Source: Basidiobolus meristosporus CBS 931.73
Taxonomy: Eukaryota > Fungi > Basidiobolomycota
DNA length: 36,558 nucleotides
NCBI GenBank assembly: GCA_002104905.1
Contig: MCFE01000782.1
Coordinates: 1-36,558 of the forward strand
Direction of reading: 5' to 3'
Made by a program: the position numbers and the translations under genes. Every line of letters begins with the position of its first letter. Position 1 is the first letter of the stretch. The notes beneath the pieces are model-generated. The model saw only the letters and a list, made by a program, of their open reading frames with translations. It made no database searches and had not been told where the DNA came from. This document shows, one piece after another, positions 24,393 to 34,772 of the stretch.

Positions 24393-26021
24393 TGTTGTAA
24401 GAGTCTTGGAGATTTTGGAAGTGATTGGGGGAGAACAAGCAGATCATTTGGTTTTCACTGAGTGATTTGCTGAATGTAAAATTAGTGTTTATGCTTTTAC
24501 ATGGTCTTGGCGTAACAAAACGTAGAATAGGCTAATGAAGGTCTCAAAAGCATGTGTGCAAAGTTTGGGGCTGTTTGGACAACTTTGAAAATTTTCATGT
24601 TCTGGGTATCTTGAATTTTGGTGAAAATATTACAAGTAAATTCCAACAAGAAATTTGATCAGTATTATCTAGGATTTGAAGGTGTTGATCTAAGTGACCA
24701 AGTTAGATGAATATTTAGGTGGAATTACAAACTCTTACAACACTCCCACTCAGCTGAACATTCATACTGACTAGTCCTAATTTTGACCTAAGATATTCAG
24801 ACTTCTCTCTAGCTAATGGTTTGGTAAATATGTCTGCAATCATTTCATCTGAAGGACAGTAAACTAAGCTAACTAAGTTATTCTCTATAGCTTCACATAT
24901 GAGATGATGTCTAATATATATGTGCTTAGTTCTAGCACAAAAAGTTGGTCTTCTACCTAATTGCATACATTCTCAATTATCTTGAAATAATGTAACAGGT
25001 GTTTTTTGACCTAGGCCTAAATCTGTAATATACTTCTTAGCCACATTACTTCTTTTGTAGCTTCACCAGCTGCCATATACTCTTCCACTGTAGTGGAAAG
25101 TGCCACAGTTGGTTGCTTCTTGAATTCCATGAAATTGCTCCTTAACAGTAAGCAGAGGTGTATCCTGAGTTGGATCATCTATTCTCTAAAATTTTGCCCC
25201 CAATTGACATCAGAGTATCCCACAAGATCCTGTTCTAAGTCCTTATCAGTGTATCATAAGCAGATATCACCAGGCCCTTTTAGGTATCTGAAAATCTGCT
25301 TAACTGCTGCAATATGCTCAGATCCATAGTCCTGATTTTGCTGGCTGACAACTACTACTGAATATGAGATATCCAGATGTGTTCCAAGCATGCTATACAT
25401 CCGACTGCCAGCCATAGATTGATAAGGAAACTTAGGGCTTTCAGATGGCACCAAGCTCTCTTAATTTGGTTGAGTTTTGACCAAGCTAAGGTCTGTCTCT
25501 ATTGGGGTAGCTGCTGGCTTACAGCCTTCCATTCAGTACTTCTTTTGTATATCTTGAATATACTTGGATGGGCTTAGGATAATATTCTGGGTACATTTGT
25601 CTATGGAGAACTTTATCTCTGAGTAGTAACTTTGTTCCCCAGGTTTGGACATCTGAACTCATTAGATTGGCTGCATTTAGTTTCTTTCAATGTTTCTAGG
25701 ATATTGGTTGCTATAATAAGATCATCCACATTAAGAGCTAATAGAACTGGATTTGCTCTATCTGGCTTATAGTATATACTATAGTCAGCATTACTCCACT
25801 TGAAACTTTAAGATTCCAAATAAGAATCTACATTGCAATTGCAGGCTCTTGATGATTTGAGTCCATATAGAGATTTTTTAAGCTTGCAGACCAAATGCAA
25901 GCTATCATGGTCAGCAAATTTATTAGGCTGGTCCATATACATGTCCTCATCAAGCTCTACATTCAAAAATGCAGCTTTTACATCAATTTGATGTATAGAA
26001 AACTTCTGTTTAGCTGCAATA
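24393..26021 (-). mobile_element. Copia copy E: 3' LTR (24393-24742, 350 bp), PPT, degenerate RNase H and most of RT; 5'-truncated
   Basis: Homologous to copy A from about the RT segment LAIAAKYKF to the 3' LTR; PPT AGCTGAGTGGGAG at 24743-24755; frameshifts and stops. Confidence 0.9.
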
Positions 26022-26420
26022 CCCTATGAGAAATAATTGTGAAGATCCCATCAAAAGGCTGTCACAAATTCAAAGCTCCATGACTACATGGTATTGATCC
26101 CATCAGAACATTGTGCAAAGACTGTCAGAAAGTAATTGAACCCCACAGTTTGTAAAAAACTTGATGATAATTTTTCATCACAACAATACTTAAGTGGCTT
26201 ATGAATGGTTCCCTGCAAATTCTCTCTGTCTCTGATCCCAGACAATGTATCACCTCCTACATTTGTGTGCATTAATTGACTATTGCCTCTTTTTCACACT
26301 CTTTACTTCCTGATTCCACTGTTTCTCTTACTTTTCATGAATACAAATTGATTTATTTCTGTTGAAACTTCACTTGTCCTCAATTAATAATTGTATTGAC
26401 CTATACAAGTCCCTATACCC

Positions 26421-27758
26421 TGTAGTAAAAGTTTGTAATTCCACCTGAATATTTACCCAACTTAGTTGCATATATCATTAACTCCAAGTCCTAGAGAATA
26501 CCTGTCAAAATCCTTACTGGGATTTACTTAGAATATTTTCACCAAAATATCAGGTACCCAGAACATGAAAATTCTCAAAGTTGTTCAAACAGCCCCAAAC
26601 TATGCCCACATGTTCTTGGGACCTTTTTAAGCCTATTCTATGGGTTTATTATGCCAAGATCATGTAAAAGTAGAAATACTACTTTACATTCAATAAAGCA
26701 TCAAGTGAAAACCACATAATCTACTTGTCCTTGCAAATCACTTTCAATATCTCCAAGACTCTTACAACAGGCTATAAGCCCCAAGCTGTCACTCACTACA
26801 ATGTCTACTCCTGCCATTACTTGAATTTTTCTCTTTGCTGAAAAGATGGATAGATCTAACCCCCAAGTGTGGATGGTGAAGATGAAGATGCTGCTACAAG
26901 AAAGAGCCCTTTAGGATATTGTCATTGAAGAAGGATGCTGTCCTAAAAATGTGGGAGAGGAATCCTTAAAATACCAGAAGAAAGAACAAAGGGTCTTTAA
27001 CTGCATTTGCCTTGATGTTAAAGACAAATTGCTAATTCAATGCTCAAGAGCAAGAATGGTAAAGAATGCCTGGAAGGCATTAGGAGACACCTACCAGTTG
27101 TGTTCAGCTACTAAGAAAATGTATCTTAGCTAAAATTCTTAACTACCAAGATGCTGCCAGGAGAAGAAATGAAAAATCTAATTAACAGACTTACTGTGCT
27201 GGCAGATAAGATGGAATCTGCAGGCATACCAACTACTGATGAGGATGTGATAGTAACCATCCTAAATAGTCTGACAAACAAGTTTCAGGGCCTTGTATTA
27301 GCCCTAGAGTACAGAACTGATGATATGACCTTAAATTAGGTATCTGGAAAGCCCCAGGATGAAGAATTAAGAAAATCAAGTGCCAATGAGAAGGAAGAAG
27401 AAAGTGCTTTAATAAGTAATGATAACCAACAAAGAAGGTACCCAAGACTTTACAAAGGCAACCACAACCTGCTTTGTAACTACTGCAAAAGGAAAGGACA
27501 CACATCATACTGGTGTTGCAAAAAGAAAGACAATCAGCAAAAGAAGCCTGAATTTGGAAATGCTGCAACAACTGAAGATAGACTATTCATATATGCACTA
27601 AATATGACCACAACAAAGGATTCTCAGATGTGATACATTGACTCTGGAGCATCTCAACACTTTACACACCGAAAAGAACTTTTTACCCAATACCAAAAAA
27701 TTCCAATTAAGAAGGTTTTCAAGGGTGACAATAGAACACTTGATGCAGTGGGAGAAGG
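26421..27758 (+). mobile_element. Copia copy B, 5' part: LTR (26421-26769), degenerate PBS GGCTATAAGCCC, pseudogenised gag and start of protease
   Basis: 349-bp LTR TG...CA; gag homologous to copy A with several stops; ends at GGAGAAGG where copy A is inserted. Confidence 0.9.
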
Positions 27759-28106
27759 TGTTGTAAAAATTCGTATTTCCACCTAAATATTCACCTAACT
27801 TAGTCACTAAGATCATCACCTTCAAATCCTAGAGAATACTGACCAAATTCCTGGTCGGGATTTACTTAGAATATTTTCACCAAAATACCAGGTACCCAGA
27901 ACATGAAAATTCTCAAAGTTGTCCAAACAGCCCCAAACTTTGCACACATGTTCTTGGGACCTTCCTTAACCTATTCTACGTGTTTGTAATGCCAAGACCA
28001 GGTAAAAGTATAAATACCACTTTACATTCAATAAATCATTAAGTGAAAACCAAATAATATACTTGTTCTCCCAATCACTTCCAATATCTCCAAGACTCTT
28101 ACAACA
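27759..28106 (+). repeat. 5' LTR of copy A (348 bp)
   Basis: TGTTG...CAACA termini; TATAAATA at 28009 and AATAAA at 28030; 10 substitutions plus one 1-bp indel versus the 3' LTR by manual alignment. Confidence 0.97.
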
Positions 28107-28118
28107 GGTTATGAGCCC
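28107..28118 (+). other. Primer-binding site GGTTATGAGCCC (complementary to the tRNAiMet anticodon arm)
   Basis: Directly abuts the LTR terminal CA; reverse complement of GGGCTCATAACC of fungal initiator tRNA; the same site recurs at 35122. Confidence 0.88.
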
Positions 28119-28137
28119 CAAGCTGTCACTCTCTGCA

Positions 28138-31100
28138 ATGTCTACTACTGCTATTACTGGAATTTTTACCTCTGCTGAAAAGTTGGATGGATATAACTAC
28201 CAAGTGTGGAAGGTGAAGATGAAGATGCTGCTACAAGAAAGAGGCCTTTGGGATATTGTCATGGGAGAAGAATGCCCTCCTAAAAACGTGGGAGAGGAAG
28301 CCTTAAAGTACCAGAAGAAAGAACAAAGTGCCTTTAACTGCATTTGCCTTAATGTCAAGGACAAATTGCTAATTCAATGCTCAAGAGCAAAAACAGCAAA
28401 GAATGCCTGGAAGGCATTAGAAGACACCTACCAGTCATGTTCAGCTGCCAAGAAAATGTATCTGAGAAGAAAATTCTTTACTACAAAGATGCTGCCAGGA
28501 GAAGAAATGAAAAATCTAATTAACAGAATTACCCTGCTGGTAGATGAGATGGAATTGGTGGGCGCACCAACTACTGATGAGGATGTGATAGTTACCATCC
28601 TGAATAGCCTAACAGACAAGTTTCAGGGCCTTGTATCAGCCCTAGAGTCCAGAACTGAAGATTTGACCTTAAATTTTGTATATGGAAGGCTCCTGGATGA
28701 AGAATTAAGAAAATCAAGCGCCAATAAGAAGGAAGAAGAAAATGCTTTAATAAGCAATGATAACCAACAAAGGAGGTACCCAAGACCCTACAAAGGCAAC
28801 AGCAACCTATTTTGCAACTACTGCAAAAGGAAAGGACACACATCAGACTGGTGTTTTAAAAAGAGAGATTATCAGTAAAAGAAGCCTGAATATGGAAATG
28901 CTGCAACAACTGAAGATACACTATTCATATCTGCACTAAATATGACCACAAACAAGGATTCTCAGACGTGGTATATTGACTCTGGAGCTTCTCAGCACTT
29001 TACACACCAAAAAGAACTTTTTACCCAATATCAAGGAATTCCAATTAAGAAGGTTTTCATGGGTGACAATAGAACACTTGATGCAGTGGGAGAAGGAACT
29101 ATCCAAGTAAACCTTAGAAGCAGTGAAGGAAGCCATACACTGACCTTTAAAGAAGTACTCTATGTACCAGAAATAGCCAAGAACCTACTCTCTGTAAGCA
29201 AGGCCACAGCAGAAGGACTCAGTTTCAGTTTTGACAATTCTGGATGCAGGATCACTGATCAAAATGGTGCTCATGTTGCTTTGGGCATCAGAGATCAGAA
29301 TCTATACAAGTTGACTTATATTCCATCATATCTGGAAGCCAATATAAGTAACTTAAATGAAGAAACACCAATGCTTTGGCATAGGAGATTTGGGCACATC
29401 AATTTTGATTATTTGCGCATAATGATCAAAGATCAGCTAATTTCTGGAATGAAAATTGATCCCCCAGCTAATTTGGAGCACTGTGAAGCCTGCATATATG
29501 GGAAACAAGCCAGACAACCGGTCAAGAGCTCTGGGTTAATCAAAACTAAGAAAAAATTAGATCTAATTCACTCAGATCTGTGTGGACCTATGCAAAATTT
29601 ATCCTTAGGCGGGATGAAGTATTTAATCACTTTTATTGATGATTATACAAGATACACATGGGTCTACCTCATGGAGAGACAGGAAGTAGCTCTGTCTAAG
29701 TTCAGGGAGTTTAAAGCCATGGTGGAGAGAGAAACTGGTGAAAAAATCAAGAAAATATGCTCTGACAATGGTGGAGAGTATACCTCAAAACTCTTCATCC
29801 ACTTCTGCAAAATTCATGGGATAAAGCAAGAGACTACTGTACCATACTCCCCACAGCAAAATGGAGTAGCAGAACAAGCTAACAGATCAATAATTGATAT
29901 GGCAAGATATATGATCCATGATCAAAAATTATCCTATGATTTTTGGGCGGAATCAGTTGCCACTGCTGTATACCTTAAAAATAGGAGTCATAACAGAATA
30001 CTTCGTGATTCTACTCCATTTGAAGCATGGTATGGATACAGACCAAGTGCAGAACATCTAAGAATATTTGGGTGCACAGCATATGCCAAAAAACTGGCCA
30101 GAAATCAGTCAAAATTTGAGCCAAAAAGTGTAAAATGCATATTTTTGGGCTACTGCAATGAGAGTAAGGCATACAGACTCTACAATACCAAAGCAAAGAA
30201 GCTTATCAAGTCCACGGATGTGTTGTTTGATGAAAATTCAAAATTTTCACAAAAATAACATCAGATGATGACAAAAATTTCATCTCAAGTCCACCAATTG
30301 TCAGGATTGAATCAGAGCAAAACAATGAAAATTTTTTCACTCCAGAGGACTCTACAACCGTGGTTCAGCCAGAATCAGTGCCCAGGAATATCCCAGAAGT
30401 GATCATTCCAGTATCAAATGCCCGGAGATCAAATCAGACAAGAAATAGCCCAAATTACTATATTAATGAGGGTACAAACTTAGCCTATGCCTATTCAGTC
30501 CATATTGATGAACCCCAGACTGTAAAAGAGGCCCTAAATAGCCCTCAGACAAAGTTTTGGAGATCTGCAATGACTGAGGAATATCAGGCCCTGATGGAAA
30601 ATCAAACTTGGGACTTAGTCAAATTACCAATCAACCAAAAATCAATTGGATGCAGATGGGTCTTCAAGACAAAATACAAGGCTGATGGTACAATTGAAAG
30701 ATACAAAGCAAGACTTGTAGCCAAAGGATACTCTCAAACAAAAGGACTTGACTATACTGAGACCTTTGCACCGGTAGCCAAGTTTAATTCCATCAGATTA
30801 ATATTGGCTATTGCAGCCAAATATAAGTTTTTTATTCATCAAATAGATGTAAAAACTGTATTTTTGAATGGAGAACTTGATGAGGACGTGTATATGGACC
30901 AGCCTGATGGGTTTGTTGACCAAGATAACCCCCATTTGGTCTGCAAGCTTAAAAAGTCACTATATGGTCTCAAACAATCCCCAAGAGCCTGGAATTGCAA
31001 GATAGATTCTTATTTGGAATCTTTGAGTTTCAAAAGGAGTAATGCTGACTATAGTATATACTATAAGCCAGATAGAGCAAATCCAGTTCTATTAGCTCTA

Positions 31101-32081
31101 TATGTGGATGATCTTATCATAGCCGCCAATAACCTAGAGACATTGGAAGAGACTAAATCCAGCCTATCTAAGGAGTTCAAGATGTCCGATCTAGGAGAAC
31201 TTAGTTACTACTTAGGGATTAAATTCTCTATAGACAGAAGTACCCAAACTATCACCCTAAGCCAATCCAAGTATATTCAAGGCATACTAAAGAAGTACAA
31301 AATGGAAGACTGTAAACCAGCAGCTACCCCAATGGAGACAAACCTTAACTTGGTCAAAACTCAACCAAATCAAGAGAGCTTGGTGCCATCTGAAAGCCCT
31401 GACTTTCCTTATCAATCTATTGCCGGCAGTCTGATGTATATCGTGCTTGAAACACGTCCAGATATCTCATATTCAGTGGGAGTTGTCAGCCAACATAATC
31501 AGAACTATGGATCTGATCATATTGCAGCAGTTAAGCGGATTTTTAGATACCTAAAAGGAACTGCTGATATTTGCTTAAGATACACTTATAAGGACTCAGA
31601 ACAAGATCTTGTGGGATACTCTGATGCAAATTGGGGACAAAATTTGGAAGACAGAAGATCCACCACAGGATACACCTTTCTTTACTGTACAGGAGCAATT
31701 TCATGGAATTCTAGAAATCAACCAACCGTAGCACTTTCTACTACAGAGGCAGAGTATATGGCAGCCTGTGAAGCTACAAAAGAAGCAATGTGGTTAAGAA
31801 AGCTCTTTACAGATTTAGGCCTATGTCAAAAAACGCCTATTACCTCATTTCAAGATAATCAAGGATGTTTACAATTAGGTAGTAATCCAACTTTTCATGC
31901 TAGAACCAAGCACATAGATATTAGACATCATTTCATACGTGAAGCTATAGAGAGTAACTTAGTTAGCTTAGTTTACTGTTCTACAGATGAAATGATTGCA
32001 GACATATTTACCAAACCATTAGCTAGAGACAAGTTTGAATATCTTAGGTCAAAATTAGGACTAGTCAGTATGAACATTTAG
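28138..32081 (+). pseudogene. gag-pol polyprotein of copy A (~1314 aa if repaired); one nonsense codon (TAA 28876) and one 1-bp deletion (A-run 30251-30255)
   Basis: KLDGYNY gag start, CNYCKRKGHTSDWC zinc knuckle, WYIDSGAS protease, LWHRRFGH/CEAC, HSDLCGP...SDNGGEY...NGVAE integrase, YVDD RT, YSDANW...EAEYMA...ADIFTKPL RNase H. Confidence 0.93.
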
Positions 32082-32092
32082 CTGAGTGGGAG
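32081..32092 (+). other. Polypurine tract of copy A
   Basis: GCTGAGTGGGAG immediately 5' of the 3' LTR; same motif precedes LTR E and, degenerate, LTR D. Confidence 0.8.
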
Positions 32093-32441
32093 TGTTGCAA
32101 AAATTTGTATTTCCACCTAAATATTCACCTAACTTAGTCACTTAGATCATCACCTTCAAATCCTAGAGCATACTGACCAAATTCCTTGTTGGGATTTACT
32201 TGGAATATTTTCACCAAAATACCAGGTACCCAGAACATGAAAATTCTCAAAGTTGTCCAAACAGCCCCAAACTTTGCACACATGTTCTTGAGACCTTCCT
32301 TAACCTATTCTACGTGTTTGTAATGCCAAGACCAGGTAAAAGTATAAATACCACTTTTACATTCAATAAATCATTAAGTGAAAACCACATAATCTACTTG
32401 TTCTCCCAATCACTTCCAATATCTCCAAGACTCTTACAACA
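32093..32441 (+). repeat. 3' LTR of copy A (349 bp)
   Basis: Direct repeat of 27759-28106, followed by TSD GAAGG. Confidence 0.97.
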
Positions 32442-32492
32442 GAAGGAACTATCTAAGTAGTCACTAGAAGCAGTGAAGGAAGCCATATACCG
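32442..32492 (+). mobile_element. Copia copy B, 51-bp protease-region segment between two nested insertions
   Basis: gaaggaactatctaagtagtcactagaagcagtgaaggaagccatataccg aligns with copy A ~29093-29143. Confidence 0.85.
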
Positions 32493-33800
32493 TGTGGTGG
32501 TGTGTAAGTCCAAAGGGCAAAATACAGCCAACACTTCTCAAGTGTGAATGTGTGTGGGGTGTCCACTGGGTGCAATAACCTCTGGCAAAAGCTTGCTAGG
32601 AATACTGGGTCTTTTGTCTAATCTAATGTGAAGGGGGATAAAGCCTCAAGCTTGTCAAGGGAAAACTATTGAACTACAGTCCCCAACTTAGTTGGCGTCT
32701 TAAAAAAAGTTTATAATGGCTTTGATGTCCATTGAGATGACAATGTACTAAAGCTTCCAAAGTCAAAACAACTGTAAACTCCACCAACAGGGACTTGATA
32801 AGAATGCAGCTTTAACCAATAGTTACAAAGACTGAAAAGTATCTTTGCCTGTACAAGAACAAACTTGGGAAAACAATCAAATATAATAAAATATACCTAC
32901 TCTGAGTATTCCTCACAAGTAGTGCCTCCAAGGTCAGTTGGCTGTCAGCGCAGTTTCCTGGGAGTATTGTTGGGTCTGAGTCAGAAAATAGTGGTAATAG
33001 GCAGCAGTGATCTCACTAGTCAATAAGTTGGAATATTGGAAGAGGGATGATTTATTTTAAGGGATAGCCTCCCTTATATACTTTTTTGTTGGGTCTGTGT
33101 CAGAAAATAGTGGTAATAGGCAGCAATGATCTCACTAGTCAATAAGTTGGAATATCGTAAGAGGGATGATTTATTTTAAGGGATAGCCTCCCTTATATAC
33201 TTTTTTGTTGGGTCTGTGTCAGAAAATAGTGGTAATAGGCAGCAATAATCTCACTAGTCAATAAGTTGGAATATTGGAAGAGGGATGATTTATTTTAAGG
33301 GATAGCCTCCCTTATATACTTTTTTGCTGCTCAAATTCTTGCTAGAAAATACTTTCCAGAAGTTTCCAGAAGGAAGTAGACAGCCAATCATGTCATTGTG
33401 TACTAAAAATAGCGCAAATTCTTGGTGGATTGTTCCATGAGACATAGTAGTACCTAGCCAATCAGGTAGTGGCAATATGAAACCTCTGTGTCATGTGATT
33501 GCCTCTTATGGTAGTAGGATGGGAGGGCAAGACGGTCACATGACAGGGGCACTGTTGGGGCACTTGCCTTATATGGTAACTATCTTTTCTTGGCATCTTG
33601 GTAAGGAATAAAAATAGCTTGTACAATGGGTTAATAGTGACAAATAGTTTGTCAGGTTGCATAGTAATAATCACATAGACAAAATAGGAAATATTGCAAA
33701 TTTGGGATGATACTAATAAAGGGGGGGTAATCCTTTTTAGGGAAGTGAGTGTATGGGAATGAGCACATCTGCCTGTGGGTGTCACTGTGACCCCACTACA
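32493..33800 (-). mobile_element. Probable solo LTR (1308 bp) of a different, possibly Ty3/gypsy-type, family nested in copy B
   Basis: Termini TGTGGTGG...CCACTACA (TG...CA, imperfect inverted repeat); flanks ACCG/ACGG match a duplicated ACTG target; copy B sequence resumes exactly on both sides; TATA and AATAAA on the minus strand; no coding domains. Confidence 0.72.
32967..33326. repeat. Three tandem 119-bp units inside the solo LTR
   Basis: Units start at 32967, 33086 and 33205 and differ by only a few substitutions. Confidence 0.97.
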
Positions 33801-34772
33801 ACGGACCTTAAGAGAAGTACTCTATGTAACAGAAATAACCAAGAATCTACTATATGTATGCAAAGCCACAGCAGAAGGACTCAGTTTCAGCTTTGACAAT
33901 TGTGGAATCAGGATCATTGATCAAAATGGTGCCCATATTGCTTTGGGTATCAGAGATCAGAATATATATAAGTTGACCTATATTCCAATATATCTGGAAG
34001 TCAATATAAGTAACTTGAATCAAGAAACATCAATACTATGGCATAGGAGATTTGGCACATCAACTTTGATTATTTGTGCAAAATTATCAAAGATCAGCTA
34101 ATTTCTGGAGTAAAAATTGATCCCCCACTAATTTGGAGCACTGTGAGGCCTGCATATATGAAAAATAAGCCAGACAACTGGTCAAGAGCTCTGGACTAAT
34201 CAAAACTAAGAAAAAATTAGATCTAATTCACTCATATCTGTGTGGACCTATGCAAAATTTATCCTTAGGCAGGATGAAGTACTTTGTCACTTTTTTTATA
34301 ATCATATAAGATACATCTGTGTCTACCTCATGGAGAGAAAGGAAGAAGCTCTGTTTGAGCTCAGGGAGCTTAAAGCCATGGTGGAGAGAAAAATTGGTGA
34401 AAAAATCAAGAAAATACGATCTGAAAATGGTGGAGAATATACCTCAAAACACTTCAACTACTTGTGCAAAATTGATGGGATAAATCAAGAGACAACTGTA
34501 CCATACTCCCCATAGCCAAATGGAGTAGCAGAGTATGCAAACAGATCATTAATTGATGTGGCAAGATCTATGACCCATGATCAATAAATATCCTATGATT
34601 TTTGGGTAGAATCAGTTGCCACAGCTGTATACCTTGAAGATAGGAGGTATAACACAATACTTCATGATTCTACTCCATTTGAAGCACAGTATGGACACAG
34701 ATCAAGTGCAGAACATCTAAGAATATTTGGGTGTACAGCATATGCCAAGAAGCTGCCTGAATCAGTCAAACT
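33801..34772 (+). mobile_element. Copia copy B, degenerate GAG-pre-integrase/integrase segment
   Basis: LWHRRFG, SENGGEY, TVPYSP homologous to copy A, with frameshifts and stops; ends where LTR C begins. Confidence 0.88.

Larger units (their letters stand above)
27759..32441 (+). mobile_element. Copia copy A: full-length 4683-bp Ty1/copia LTR retrotransposon with 5-bp TSD GAAGG
   Basis: Two LTRs, PBS, gag-PR-IN-RT-RNase H order, PPT; GAAGG at 27754-27758 and 32442-32446. Confidence 0.97.

Noticed and set aside
28876-28878. Programmed gag stop-codon readthrough in copy A
   Set aside because: Copies B and C have CAA at this codon, and there is no recognisable readthrough context; simple C-to-T mutation.
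32967-33326. CRISPR-like array
   Set aside because: Contiguous 119-bp units with no unique spacers, no cas genes, eukaryotic context.
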